A stretch of 64,000 nt of DNA from Raillietiella orientalis (lineage: Eukaryota), in the NCBI GenBank assembly GCA_036172245.1, contig JAYWIR010000018.1:62001-126000 (forward strand), written 5' to 3'. Shown here one piece after another: positions 11,401 through 25,600 of this stretch. Under the pieces are notes generated by a model that made no database searches, was not told where the DNA came from, and saw only the letters and a program-made list of their open reading frames with translations. Every line of letters begins with the position of its first letter. The first letter of the stretch is position 1. Both the position numbers and the translations under genes were made by a program.

Positions 11401-14400
11401 TGCTGAAGGTCACTGATAATCTTTACTGGAACAGGTTACTTTCAAAATCGCTACAACTACTGGTAAGGTCTTACTACTGCATTAATTTACTGCAAACGCA
11501 ATTTAGAGTGTGCTCAGAATTCATTGCATCTCCTTTGCCTGTTCAACTTTTGCAGCTCTTTCACGATTTAGAATCAACAATTTTTTGGACAATGGTAGTA
11601 CTCAGAGCAACAAATCAAAAAAAGTCCATACACTTGCAGTACTTCTGAAACTTTGCATCACTTCCTACAAACTTTCCAGACTTCTCTTTAATTTGCTTAG
11701 TAGCTCTGTTTTGCTCGATACCAGCTTTGCTTCTACCTTCTTACTTCTTTAAGCATATTTATTCTATTTAGTTTCTTTCTCTCTTTTTTTGAGAAAAGAT
11801 TAAATCAACTACTCTTTTAAAGAAAATTTGGCCTGAAAACCAAAACTTCTTTTACAGCCAAACAAACTGACTCTTAGAATGTTAAATCTAGGCCATCCAT
11901 ATTCAGCAGATAAAAAAAGAAATAGAGCCAAGCCAATACGTATGACGGTATAGCCACATTCTTTAACACAATATTGCAAGTGCAAACAAATAAGGACTTG
12001 AATTGGTGCTTTGTTCTTTCTAGAATTCTTCCAAAAATGTATAAAAATAATAGAACAGATCAGAAAATCAAAAATAAAAAAATTTCCAGGAAACCTAGGC
12101 AGATTCATTAAGTTCCAATGATGTTAGCGATGATGTTGTTTTATCCACTTATGGATTGTAGGTGTATGCATGAAAGAAGCACATTTTCAAACACATCTCA
12201 GCAGTACTTTTCATTAAGACATACTATAACTGAACAAATGTCATCAATTGTTACTGAGTGCATTATCACAGAAACTTGTGAAGAAGAACAAATTTCTCAA
12301 ATAACTGCTTAGTAAAAAAAGAGTATTTTTCTTGAAAAGAAAGCAAGCATTTAAATTAACATGAATGTGCTTAGAATACTGCTTCAAGTTCCGATAAATC
12401 TTCAGATAAATCTCAAAAAACAATCACACAAATAAATTTCAATGTCTCCTGATAAATTAAAATGAAAATACTTTCAAATAGAAAAAATTCATTTGGAAAT
12501 TTATGATAGTTTCTCTCCTTTTCCTTTTTTGATGAACAATTGGTTGTTCAAAGGTTCTGTTTTTCATGTGAAAATAAACCTTGATCAACCAATGGTCTAA
12601 ACATTTAGCAAAAAAGCTGATTCATTACTTCAAATCAAATTATTAATCTCCATGTGAGAAAACACATTACAACTAGTAGCACATGCGATTCTTGAAAAGG
12701 AAACTGATCAATGGATTGCATTACATGTACTTCACTAACACATTCAAAATTCAAATCCTCTCTTTGGATTTACAAGTAATCAATGTCATCAAGACACAAA
12801 GAAAAAAATCTTTTCATAGAACTCTTAGATGAACTTTCACAGTAAAGAACTCATATTTGGACTCACAATCAAGTGTGAACATACACATATTAGAAACAGA
12901 GAAGAGAACAACCAATCTCAAGAAAACACATCTAAAAAGTCAGAAATCTGAAGCTGGAATTGAGGACAATTATAATTTGAACTTACTCCAAGGACACATC
13001 CTGAAGAGAATGTTGGTCCATGTATTCATACTCGTCAATTAAACCGTGTGTGTGATCCTTTACATCACATTCTACATTACTCAAAAACTGACTATCTGGA
13101 TGATTTAATATTTCCTCAAGAGACATTGTTAATAAGTAAGTTTCTCTAGGACTTTTTGTGTGACATAGGTGACAACACTGAAGAAGTAATTACTTTTAAA
13201 ATAGTAAACATTCTAAAAAAAAAGGTATACATAACATTAATTAATGGCTGAGTTTATTAAGAACATACACAGCAAAATTACGATTTTCCAATGTGATACA
13301 TCCCTCTTTCACACAAGGACTAATGTTGAAATTACCGCAATCTTTGCACATCAAACACAAAAAGAAAAACCCAACCAAAATAGAAACTATTGAACATGTG
13401 TTCACAAAATTTTGTTGACCTAGGAACAATGCATCCATATTTGTACATTACTACTGTATATGAATCTATCCACAGCATTTGCTAGATAAAAAAAATTAAG
13501 GCAGAAATTATTTAGCAGATATACAAATCAAAAACAAGATTTCCCAACAAATACTGAAAGTATATCCAAAATATGTAAATTTGTAACACCACACCTTTTA
13601 ATTGCAAAATAAATGATTATAGCATTGTTTTTTATATAAAATGAATCTACTCTTCACATAATGTCAGTGAATGATTACACGACTAAAAACATTCATTGAA
13701 AATGCTTTTTCTTCACATTATCTGAAATTTTGAAGATGTGAAGAAACTTCAAGGACGCAACATTGAAATATTAATATAAACTGAAGACTGTACAAGTCAT
13801 TTCATACCCATGATCAAGGAAGAATTCAAAACCTAAAATGACATTAAAAAACAATCTCTGGTTGCTATTATAAAACCCTAAAGATGAATGATCAGAACTT
13901 CAAGTTTTTATTTAATGAAGAATTCTGAAACTGATACAAAAATTTAGATTATGGGTTATCCAAATGAAAATATCATGGTCTCCAAAATGCACAAAAATTT
14001 TCGAGGATTTCATACTACTCCAAAGAATGACTTCAACCATTTCCCATTCCTTCTCAATCTTGCAATCTTAACTGTACCCAAAAAAAACTTCAGGAACAAT
14101 TCTACTGAACATTCTCCAGCCATCATTACTAAACCCAATTCATTATCATTTCTTAATTTAACTTATTTTCTATCTAAGACGTGTAACTAAAACGCGCACG
14201 ATACACACCTTAAATTACAATAGTATACACTCAGTTATGCTTAGAAAATACCAAATACCATGAAAACAAAGACTTCAGTACTTTACTTGAAGCAACCCAG
14301 TTCCACCTGCTCGTGGAAATTAATGCTGATGCTACCTTTAGAAAATGGCTGAATTAATGAACAGTATGTGTTGTATGAGACTTTAGGTAACTTAAACTCT

Positions 14401-14559
14401 GAAACGTGATGCTTAATGATCCACCAACAGAAGCACGTATAATTAGCATTTCGATGCAATTAATTCTGCAACAATCAGTTTTATAAAACTGAATGAAGTA
14501 ACTAGACAATGTAGTAAATGTATTACGTCTATCATATCGGAAGCAGTGAGAACTGATCA

Positions 14560-14670
14560 TATATAAAATAAAATAAGTTTCATATTATGACTCGAAACGC
14601 TAAAAAGATAAACTTGTGCTGCGCACGCCATATTAAAAAACACCGGAAAAACCAGAAGTTTACCACTCTC
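14560..14670 (-). promoter_or_regulatory. Candidate TCERG1 promoter/TSS region
   Basis: Local CpG cluster at the edge of the CpG-poor domain; YY1-like ATATGGCG (~14626-14633, minus strand) and ETS-like CCGGAA (~14643). Confidence 0.35.
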
Positions 14671-17299
14671 CTTTTTTAATATATTTAGAACATACGCTTG
14701 AATTAAGATCCTAGATAATATGTAACAGTATATCAAGTATCAGCACTGATTTTTTTCAATTCCGGTACAACAAAGAATGTAAAAATATTAATACAATACA
14801 TACTTTTAAAAAAAGGTTTCTTAAAGAATCAATGATTCCAGAATCAATGCAAAATATGAAATAGCATTTTCGTTAATTTTCTCTATGATTTCATAGGAGT
14901 GTCATAATCATTGAGCTTCCACTACATATTTTTATACGAGAATTAAATTTAATTGCTTGATGTACAAGAACTGGTCAATTTAAGTGAACAGTGGAATGGT
15001 GAAAAATAATGGAATGCTCTAAATAATCTGATGCAATGGAGCATTATTTCTCCCAGTATTGGTTTTCTAAGAGCTTATTTTGTTATCCATTTGGCATAAT
15101 TCACCACAAAAACAAATGAGCTAATAATGAATTTAAGCACTTTTGTACATGAAAAATTTCACCTCGATCACATGAACATGCTCTTAATTAAAGCAATGCT
15201 TGAATTTAGAGTTGAAGACCACAAATGGAACAGTTTTTCGTGTATTCCCAATATATTGCCAAATTACTGGAGTGAAAGGCAATAAACTGTTAATTAAATG
15301 CGATCGAAAATGTAAAACGTTGGAATTTTCTAAGTATATGTGCATGGTCGGCATATGTGAAGAGCAATGAAGTGAAAAGCATTTCCAATGGTCGATAGAT
15401 CTCTTTGCGTTTCAAATATGTCGTTACAAACTATACCCTAGTATTTACAGATGCTATAAGGAACTCCTTTTACTTGTTGTTGGAATCAAATTCAAGGAAT
15501 GATGTGTTGGAAGAAAAATGAGTATCCTGACGACTCTAGTCACCTTGTTCAACCAGGATGAATCTGTTTACATGGGTTAATCTTGAATTTTTAAATGCAG
15601 TTGATAATTCAGCCGCTCAAGGAGATGTTCAATGAGTCTTTCAAATCTGATTGCAATGGCATAACTCTCTAAAATTCTCTAATTTAAGAGTTTTCAGTCG
15701 TCTTTCCAATGTTTCAAATAACCTTAATTCGACTTAGGAGATACTCTTAGAGATGTCCTTTGAGTTTGCAAGTAATATGTTATCTATCTTGAAATCTTTA
15801 ATGAAGATGCTTTAAAGTTCTTGACTTTCCCCTAAAAGTAATGATTCGGATGACATGCATTAGTTTTACGTTAATTGCTTGCTTTTATGATTTTCGAAGC
15901 TCAGTTTTCTCTACTGAATTCTAAATTTGTGCACAACCATAAAATTGAATAATTCAGGAAATGTCTACTTATTTGAGCTCAACTACGCAAGAATTCTAAA
16001 TCCAAGATGCCCAAACCTCCTAATGGGCAGTTTTTGGGGGAATTGAGGAGTGAAAAGGGTGGAGGGGAAAATCAAGGAATCAATAGAACTGCTCTTTGGT
16101 CCAAACTTCTGAAGAGCTGCTTCGAGAACAGTTGAAAAAGGGGAAGGAAGTGCTCACCTTTGTCTTCCAAGAGACCAATATGATGCATTGATGATGCATG
16201 TGTGAAGTGACATGTCGACATTGCACCCCCCTCCTGAGCTCCCCTTTGAAAGCTTGGGACAGTTTTCTGAATTAATGTGCTGTTGCTCACATAACATTCA
16301 TTCCCGACGTTCTCTTCCAATTCTTGATTTTCCCTCTGGCTAGCAATTCCAAACGGCCTTGCCCTCTTTTCTTGAGGGATGGGTTCTGTACCACCTACTC
16401 CCAACAGAAAGGTAGATGCAAGAAATTCGAACTCATTTTCTGAAATCTCGTTGTTTTCGGAGGTATGCGTCTAGGCTAGGATGATAAGGGCTTCCCATCC
16501 ATCTTCGATTTTCAGGAGGAGATGATGCTCTCTCGGGACAACGATCCTTGTTCTTATTGTCCTCTCTAAGAAGAGAAGACAACAGGAAACTCTTCGGGTT
16601 GCTAAGTCTTCAAAATCGGGTTTTGCTTTCTTTTCGTTTGCTTCGATTTTGTTTTCTTGAACCGCATTTTGGCCATGGAGCCGTTCTCCTTAGAGCGCTT
16701 CTGTTCCTCCTCTTCTAGTTTCTGCTTCTATTTTTTGTTTTTCCACAACTGGGAGTGTTCTCATTCGAGGGATTTTCGCTACGAAGCCAATGGAACTCTT
16801 TCTCACGAACACCCTCGTTTCGGTTCTTGGAAATCCTGTGACACCTCTAACTCCAAGGAGTGCATAACGGTAGTGAGAGAGGACCGAAGCTCCCCAGTGT
16901 CCCATAGTCAGAGTGGGAGTTGAGTCCGGGACCAGCACGCGCATCCATCTCTCTGAAGGTACCTCCTCACCTCAGCAAACGCGTTGGCGTCAACGTGGCC
17001 GAGGTCCCCGTGCGTGGCATCAGGTGGGTTCGAATCTCCACTTGGAGGATGGATCACGAGAAATGGGTACACCGTGGGTTTCGAGTTCCCCGCGAAGAAT
17101 GACGCTGGTTGGTCATGGCGCCTTCGAGTACGGCACTCGTTTTGACACCAGGGTGCTCCAGGGCGTTTATTTTAAAACAAACAAACAAACATGTGTTGGG
17201 CCATCGGCCGTACAACGTCCGAAAGAGTTCGGAACTTGCCGAGTCACCGGCACTCAGGCCGGCGAGGTTCGACTCGGCAGTGGAGGAGAAGGGGACAAA

Positions 17300-18570
17300 C
17301 AAAAAGAAAAAGAAAAAAAATAACGTTATTTACAAAGATAAGGAGGGAGGAGGGCTGGGAAGGGATCACGTTCCACTGCAGGCCGTCCTCTACATCCTTT
17401 CCAGGATGCCAGCAAGTTCCATCTGAGTATGCCCCAGGTGGGGCCATCTTGCGGCCGTCCTCAGGAAGCCCGAGGAAAAGCAGATGGCGTCCCTATCGTG
17501 CCGTCCATCAGTGGCGTTGCTCCAAAGGTAGCAAAGTGTTGCCAGGGCTGCGGTTGGCTGCAGGATGTCCCTCAAGAAAAGGAGCCGTAAAATGTCCCTG
17601 GGGTTTCCAGCTGGGATCCGAGGGTCGTTGCACAACGCTCCCACAGGGTCCGGAGGGTAACACGGTCCCCAAGCAGGTGTGGGAGGGGGATTCCCGTTCC
17701 CCGCAACCGTGACAGTCTGGGCTTGCCCTCCCCAGCGTCCAGTGGCTCGGCACGTGCTGCAGGGAAAGCTCCAGTGCAACAGCAGAAGCGGCAACTTCCG
17801 CCACTTCAGGGGGAGGCGCTGCATTTCCTGAGCAGTGGGGGTCATCCAGGTCTTCTGCTGGTCACGCCGAGCAGCACGCCCAGCGCTGTATTCCTCGTGG
17901 AAGGACGCTGGGAGTCGCTGCATCCGCCGGCTGTCCCATGGTCCAACCACTCATCAGCTTCTTCCTGCCTGCAGTCTCTAGGGAGACTTCCCATCGCGGC
18001 CTTCGGTTGCTGCCAAGTCTCCTCAAGAAGGGCAGTGTTTCAGCAAGGGGAGCCGTCTCCACCCGTGTACTCCTGGCGGGACACTCCAGTATCTTCCGGA
18101 GTGTGTAGCGGGCGTGGTTGCCTAGTCGCAGGCAGTTCCACGTCTCATTTTGCGTCTCGCCCAGCTTCGCCCATGCGCCGACTGTTTCCTCAAGTCATGC
18201 GCTGGAGTTGGAGGATCAGCAGACCATCCAGTCGTTCTCTTTCTCCAGGGTGACCATGAGACCCAGGAGAAGACCGCATCTACACATCCTGGAGAGTGAG
18301 CATGACTGGAATGACGCGAGACCTTCCTTCCGATGCTCACGACTGGCGAGGAGACGTGCCGGAACGCACCATGGGTGCTCCACAACTTCGTTGAGATGGT
18401 CAAGGTTCGCCAACGCAGCTGACATTCCATCCTCTCCAGCGTCAGGAGACTGAGACTGCAGCCCCGACGCAGAGCCCACAAATTTGACAACGGGACTCGG
18501 GGCCCCCCGGTGCCCCACAGGGCTATACGTAGAAGGTACTTTGTTTGCTTTTTCACTCCTCTGGGGACGA
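17300..18570 (-). mobile_element. Degenerate L1/Tx1-like LINE ORF2, 3' part
   Basis: KYLL.. and REHRKEGLA (GGLG-like) remnants, then zinc knuckle HVPSHWTLGRASPDCHGCGERESPSHTC; frameshifted. Confidence 0.5.
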
Positions 18571-19599
18571 GGCAGAGAAAGAGCAGGAGCGGAGAAGAGG
18601 AGCAGCAAATGTGTTCCAGGACGTGGTCCGTTCCGGCAAGTGAAACTTAACCTCCAAGAGCGGATTATTCCCTTGTTCCCTTCGGAGAAGAAATGAGGAG
18701 TGGCCCACTCTGAGGGACCGACCCTTCTGGGGAGATAAGGAAGAGGTTCCCTTCGGGGTTCCCTTTGGAGACAACCAGGGCGAGATTGACACCCCTAGGG
18801 ACAACTGGCAGACGCTGCCGCCCTAAGGGTCTGTCGCGCTCGGTGTCGCTCGGCTGCAAGAAAACCCTCGGGCGGGACCGCCAACCGCCCTTTCCCTCTC
18901 CCTACCTCTCCCTCGGGACCCAACCTGTCCACCTCCGCGTGTTGGGTTCGGTGCGACGCAGGGGCCCGGGTCGGCGCCCTAGAGGCGCAGAGGCGACGAG
19001 GACCCGCCTGCTACCCCGAGTGCTGGAGCTGCATTCGCTCGAGCTCGGCGCGGGCTTGATAGCGGCCACGCAAAGCTGCTGCGTTTCCAAGACGATGCAG
19101 CAGCGCCGGGCTTCTTCCCTCGATCTCAAGGGAATGGAAGCACCGGAGTGCCGTGGGGGGGGAGGGGGGGGGAGAAGAAGAAAAAAAAGAGAAGAAAAGA
19201 GGCGAAGACTGTGAATATCTTTGAAGTCCTTAATGCACCAGCCTTGTATGTATGGCCGCAGGAGATGTGTATCGTCACAGCACGCATGCGGTTGACATAC
19301 AGACACGTCAGACGTGACTTAAGGGGGGCGCTCGCGGTACCCCATCCGCGTGCACTTCCACAAGCTCCGGCTGCCACGTTCGATGCCTTCGGCCTCAAGA
19401 GAGGAAGGCGTCCTTGCAGAAGAAAGAATACAGGCGCGTGCTGGCATTTCTGCGCAGCGAATCCAAAGGAAGGCATCAGGGATGATGCGTGGTGACTCCG
19501 ATGATGCACCCGGGATCAGCAACTTAACAGGTGAAGAGCGTCCGCATGTCATAAACAAATAAATAAGGAAAACTGACCACTGCAAACGTGCTACAAATC

Positions 19600-20600
19600 G
19601 GCACTGCCGCGGCTCTTGCGGCACGTTTCCTTAACAGACGTGCTGCCCGCCGTGGTGGAAACGGGCCACGGCGGGGCGCCCCACGGACGCTACGCTGCGG
19701 GCAATCAGGGAGGAAACTTATTCGGCGGCTGGAGGCGCTTTCCGTTGCGCGCGCTCGGTCCAATTCTGCGGTCCCATCGAGAGGAGCCGGGATGGTGGAG
19801 AGCAGCCCTTGGGCATCGGGTGACCATCACCGGCGAAGGAGTCGGGAGGCTGGGCGCAGCCCCGGTGACGTCTCCGGACTTGTCCTTGGAGCGTCCGCAG
19901 CTCTCGCCGCTCCCGCGGGCACGTCCGGGGTGCGCGAGCTTGGTGGAGGTTCTGCGACTCGCGGGCTCGTGTCTCCCCTGGTGGGGGCGCAGAATCTCCG
20001 GAGCTCGGGAGGCGGGCGAAGAAGTCGGGCAAGCGCTATCTTTCTCGGGAATACCCCACGGTTTTTTTCGGCTGCATGCCGGATCCCGCCTGAAAGAGCT
20101 TCCGGAGGAACAGACGCCGCAAGGAGTGGTGGTTCCGTGCAGTCGCCAAGGGAATCTGGGAAGCCGCCACGGTTTCGCAGTTATACCACGTCCAAAGAGG
20201 GGTCCTCCCTCCTCAAGAGACCCGAACCCCCAAGCGACCCCCTCCCCCACCCGGTCGAGGGCGCTCTGACCGGAAGCGGGACGTGCTGAGAACGCGACGA
20301 AGGAGGATCTCTATACCGCGACCGCCGCCGGGTCCGTCTTTGCACCGAGGGCCGGTAGGGATCCTCTGGAGGGCTTTCCCGATTTGGCGCTGCAAGCCGC
20401 GAGTGTCACGCGGAGGGCCGGAAACGCATCCCAGGTCGCGACGTCGGGAGTTTCGGCGGCGCCGGAACCTCGTTTCCATAGATACGACGCACCTCAGTCC
20501 GACTGCGCTCTGCCGCCACGCGCCGCGTCCCTCTGACGCTCTGCCGCCGCAACAAAGGACGCGCGCCGAGCGGCGCTTCAGTCCGCTACATAAAGAAAGG
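19600..20600 (+). mobile_element. Very degenerate GC-rich LINE-like remnant
   Basis: Weak KYLG-like and GGL-like remnants near 20040-20210; no intact frame. Confidence 0.25.
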
Positions 20601-20689
20601 AAGGGAATGCGAAATAAACGGATGGAAAAGCCCGAAGCCCGAAACGGGATCGATTCAATAATCCCGGAAGCTCTCAAAAATAAATACAA

Positions 20690-21950
20690 ATGCCTGTCAT
20701 ATATATTTACACATATCTCAACATGCGTGTTTGGATTTAGATTTGTATGCAAATTTATTAATATTTATTGATATGCTTATGAATTGTAGCATTATTTCAA
20801 CACGTATATTTACTGAAATTTATGAAGATACGTATTATTGATGTAATTAATAATATGTTTATTCTACACACTGACATATATATATATTTGATTAATAGAT
20901 ATTGTAAAGATTACAAAATAGAAATACATATGTTCCTTATGTACATTAGCATATATGTATGCATATAATAAATACATATATGAAATGAGTATATAATTAT
21001 CGAATTACGAACTCTCATGTTAGGCATAGGATCAAAATCCCGGAAATGGAATCCACCATTTGCTGAGAAAGTTTCATTTCTTGAGTGTAGGAGCTGAAAT
21101 CAAAATTTCTTTTTAGTTTTTTTTAATTTGTTTGCTTTTTTTTAAAAAAAAAAATCGCTGTGTTTAATTGCCACCACTGTTTTTTATTTTTCACGATCTG
21201 ATGATTATATATTCATTTAATATGTATTTATGATATAAATAAATATAAAGTATTACATATAAAAAACATAGACGCTTATTTTAACAGTCTTTGATATATA
21301 TATTAACAATGTATTAATTCGTATTATTAATTATGTCAATAATATATTTTACCAGATATGATAAGTATGTATTATATGTATTATAAATTGTAAAAGAGAT
21401 TTGCATACTAATCTCTATGTAAATAAATGTATATGAATATACACAATGAGTATACATATTCATTTTTTATAATCTTAACGATGTATATTAATCTGTATAC
21501 AAGTATATGTATGTATTTCATGTATTTCTTTTCGAGATCTTCCGGAATTTCGGCGTTGGGTATTTTGAACCAAACCCAAAATAAACATGTGTGTTTCTTA
21601 TGTATACTAATATACGTATTTAGAGATGTCTATTTCTTTAATACAGATTTCCATATGTCAAATTTTCTTTTTTGTTTTTTTGTAATTCGTTCGTCTTTTT
21701 ATTTTTTTTCTGCTATTTTCAATTGTAACCACTGTTTTTTTGTAATTCGATGAAAACATATTTATTATATATATATATATCATTACATATATGTATATAT
21801 ATAATAGATATGTGTTTGTTTTTAAAATATTTAATAAATATACTGATGATATATTAATACGTATCATTCATTATATCAATAATATGTGTTGGTATATATA
21901 AACGTACATGAAAATCAATTTGTATGTGAACCTGTACTTAAACGTATGTG
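20690..21950. repeat. AT-rich low-complexity island (TA-rich) with imperfect inverted repeats
   Basis: Abrupt switch from very GC-rich to very AT-rich DNA; (TA)n runs; inverted motif copies at ~20661, ~21521 and ~21947. Confidence 0.6.
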
Positions 21951-22393
21951 TTTGTTTTTAAGATCTTTCGAGATTTGGATGGGCACCTCCGGAAAAAACG
22001 CGCCCAAGTCGGATGGGAGGTTCTGTGCATCCGAAACCGCGCTCGGCATCTCGAACGTGGTGTCTCAACATGCCTGAGTTGTGGTCAAAGTGGCACGAAC
22101 GAGCACAGTTCCGCACGCTCGTGCGTCAACAGGCGTTCACTGCTACCGGATGCCGGCAGTGCGCCAGCGCAGGGGTGGCTGGCTGGTGGCAGAGAGCTGA
22201 AAGAATCGAAATGCGAGTGCACAGCATCTTTCTTAATCGCCGTCATGCGGATCCGCCCAGCGTCGAGTGCTGAACGGAAGCGAATTGCGGGGAGATGCCG
22301 CGTCTTTCGCGAGCATCCGGAGCCGACGACCAGCATGGGGGGACGCCACTTCGAGTGGATGGAACGGCGGAGAGGTGGTTGCGGGCACGATGG

Positions 22394-22601
22394 CTATCTG
22401 GAGTTCAGCATCTTCTGCCGAATCCAAGAGTTTAAAGGAGAGAGGAGTTCGCTGTCCACAGGAGCAGAGCTCTTCCTCATCAGAAGACTTCCCAGCAATC
22501 CAATCACGACGGTGATGACCACTCCGATCGTGGAGAGCCACATGCTCGATATGCTGTACAGGTAGCTGGTCACTGGATTTGCCGCCAAGATGGTTGCATT
22601 T
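22394..22601 (-). CDS. SLC5 transporter exon 10 (last coding exon)
   Basis: NATILAANPVTSYLYSISSMWLSTIGVVITVVIGLLGSLL...VDSELLSP...stop; the LYxISxxW and D..LLSP motifs are typical of this family's C-terminus. Confidence 0.88.
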
Positions 22602-25600
22602 CTGGAACGGAAAAGAAAGAAAAAGAAAATCAACCCAGGAATTCCTCTCGATCAAATAGCGGCTTCATCCCAAAGCGGACATTCTCCTATAGAGGAACCG
22701 GACGGACGTCTTCCCCGTTCACGGTGCGAGCGCGCACATCAGGAAGCACGTGGGTGCAGAGTTGAAACAGAAAATTCTGGAAGCCTCCCGCACACGGAGC
22801 GCCTTGACGAGCCGACGCTACTCCAGCTGCATCATCATCATCAACGTCTCTTCCCTGCTTTCATACCACGCTGCAGCGGCTCTCGGGCCGTTCGGTCAGC
22901 GACGTAACGGGTCGACTATCGCCTCGGGGCGGGCGGAAGTTGCGCACGCGCGCACTTGGATCTGCAGCGGCGGGAAACACAAGGGATCGCACTCTGTCTT
23001 GCAAGCGGACGCATCCCAGGACACAACGAGCGTACCGAGGCATTGGTTCCCGCCCGTGTATGGGAACCGCTGGATCAGTGAGATCACGGAAGCGTCCATG
23101 ATAGGCATAGGGTTGAAAGGGGTAGGAGGTGGTGGTGGTGGGGTCTACCCGGTCGCTAAACGATGGCGCGTAGCGAGCGACTTGGGATGATCGCGAGACA
23201 TTCTCCGTACATCTTAAGCTGCTGTGGCCACTTTGAACGAGCGGAACCTCTCTGTCTTCAGCAAGCACCTGCGTTCGCAACAGATTAGCAGCCTCATTTG
23301 CTGGTGGACCGATGGTGGCTAAGAGCATTCTGACACAGACGTGGTTGCTTCGTGGAGGCGCTGCTGTCTCCACCCGAGTTTCAGTAGACGCCGCTGCTGA
23401 CCCGGGCGTGCTTCGTACTACGGAATCGTGGAACATCCACCTGCTTCCGAGGATCATTCCTCATTCGCTCACGAGGTCTGCAGGGAAGGGAAATGGGTGG
23501 GGCGGAAGGGAAAAAAGGGCCCTCAGGGCATTTTCCCCGATGGACTGATCCATCCAAGGGAAACAGGCCTTCCTCTTGACGTTTACTGAGGGACGAGCGT
23601 GTGGCGCAAGCCGCCACCGCACTTGGCCACTTAGTGTTGTTGAGCCGGACGACTAGCTTCCAGGAAATCGAGTTCCGGGTAGTTGCAGGGATCGCGTGGG
23701 TGACATGGGGAGCTTGTCTGACCTCGGAGAGTCCTCGATCGCAAAGAGGAAGGCGTGCGTTTGCAGATGTGGAGCAGCGACGGCGGGTCGCCACCGCGTC
23801 AACGCCGGCGACAACCGTCCGGCGCACGAGAAGGAGCTCCGCATCAGGTTTTAGCGACCTTCGATGCGGGGTCAGGCACGGCGCCCCCCCTGTCGAAACT
23901 CGCCATCCCTGCGCTGGATCATTCCTCCTCATCCTGCATGCAGTTTTCGGAATGAAGGTTTCGCCCGCGCTGCCCGGTTTTAATGTCCTTCTGGTCGGGA
24001 AGGGAGTTGCGCACGATGGACCCAGGGACCGCAGTGGCCGAAGGTGTCAGAGAAGATGCCCCCTATGCAGATGAAGTAGCGGTGGCTGTTCGCGACACTG
24101 TCTCCGGCGACGAGGCGCACCGCTCCAGCGGCCGAGGATAACGCATGGAAGAAGAAATCGGACACTTAGGCATCCGGCAAGAAGCGGCCCCCGGGCCGGA
24201 CCCTTGCCCTCGCATCCGGATCCCCGCCTACTCGCGCGAGGGAACAGGAACAACGGCGTTCCTTCCTTTCCCCCCTTCTTTGCTCCGTCCGCTGCGGACA
24301 CTCTCGTGACCGTCCGAGCTCCTGAGGCTGGCTGTCGGTACGGTCCCGGGATGCGCCCCAGATGGAAGAAGACGGAGACCCCACGGGCTGCACACCTCGG
24401 CAGAAACGAGGCTCCGCGAGCCGTTGCCTCCCCTCTAGCATCCAACACGGCCGCGACGCGGGTGGACCGGACCCGTGGATTGAGGGGAAGGAAGCCACCG
24501 GTGGGGGGCAGAGGACTCTTCCCGGGGAAGCGACCCCGTGGCCTCATCCGAACGAAACGGGAAGACCCGTACGGGACGAGAAGGGAGAGGACGGAGGAGG
24601 CGGTAGAGGACTGCAGCGACGGTGAGGACCGCAAAGGGCCCTCTGTCCGTGGCTCGGAGCTCTCCTGATCCTCCGTCAGCGGACAGGTGGGAGGGTCAAT
24701 CTCCGCTCGACCTGGGGGCGTAGGCCCTCCCTCAAGAGTGGAGCTCACGGAGGAAGTGAGTTTCAGGAGAGTGGATGCCGCTGCAGTCAGCGCCCGAGGT
24801 GGACGGGCGCCCCTATGACGCGGGGACGGAGCCCATGCCAGGAGAGGCGCTTCGAAGACCGGGATCTCGTGCTCGGGGGTCTCTCCTCCGAGGAACCCTG
24901 GAGGGGAAGGACAGTCCTTCCCGTCATCCTCGCCGCCGTTATCTCCGGGACGGCACGCATCGGTGCAACTCCCAGAACTTTCCTCTTCACCTTTCCCCTC
25001 TCTTCCCCTCTTCGGCTCCTCTGGGAGGGTTTTCCGGGTTGGAAAGACGTCCTGAGAGAGGGCGGACCGCCAGAGGTAGCGGCGGCGGGGACAGGAAGGG
25101 GCGCGCTCACAGAAAAGCCGGGATCCACGTTGTCCCGGTTTCGCGAAAGGCTCCTGTGGATACCCAGGGGGTTTCCCCTCTTCCCACCCCCTCCTACCCT
25201 CTTTCCGGGAACCAGCATCCCGGAATTCGCGAAAGAGATCCCCCCCCTTTCCTGGACAGGTGTGGGAGCAGCACACGAAGCTCGGATCCCACGCTCTCTG
25301 GTCGGAACGGAAGCGCGGGTGGGAGCCCCCCGCTTTCAGGGAAAACTCGGGGCAGAAGGCATGTTGCCGGACATCCCCCGGGCTGAGGTCCCTCGCTGTT
25401 CCTTGGCTTGCCCTCTTACGATTCGGTCGGAGGATGAGGACGTTTCTGTTTGTTTCGACAGCAACCGTTCGACGAACGGAAGCTGCCGTTCCGCGAGAGA
25501 TTGGTTCCTAGGGGCAACCAATCGGATGAAGAATACGGGTTCCCCAGGGAACCAATCAGGAAGCAGTTTGGCATTTTCGAAAGGGCTCGCACAGTACCTG

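Noticed and set aside
11400..12110. Coding-like stretch in the AT-rich intron (also 15420-15840)
   Set aside because: Multiple stops and no diagnostic motif; possibly old TE remnants but not assignable.
12195..12250. C/D box snoRNA on the minus strand (TGATGA...CTGA)
   Set aside because: Boxes are only ~50 nt apart, with no terminal stem or recognisable guide.
16985..17045. tRNA gene (GGTTCGAATC B box); likewise 26320-26480 and 40470-40545
   Set aside because: No acceptor or anticodon stems could be formed; better explained as SINE-like remnants.
24047..25276. 409-aa ORF (minus) and overlapping 320-aa ORF 24815-25777 (plus)
   Set aside because: Low-complexity R/G/P/S translations in GC-rich decayed LINE DNA with no recognisable domain; the plus ORF is partly antisense to real SLC5 exons.
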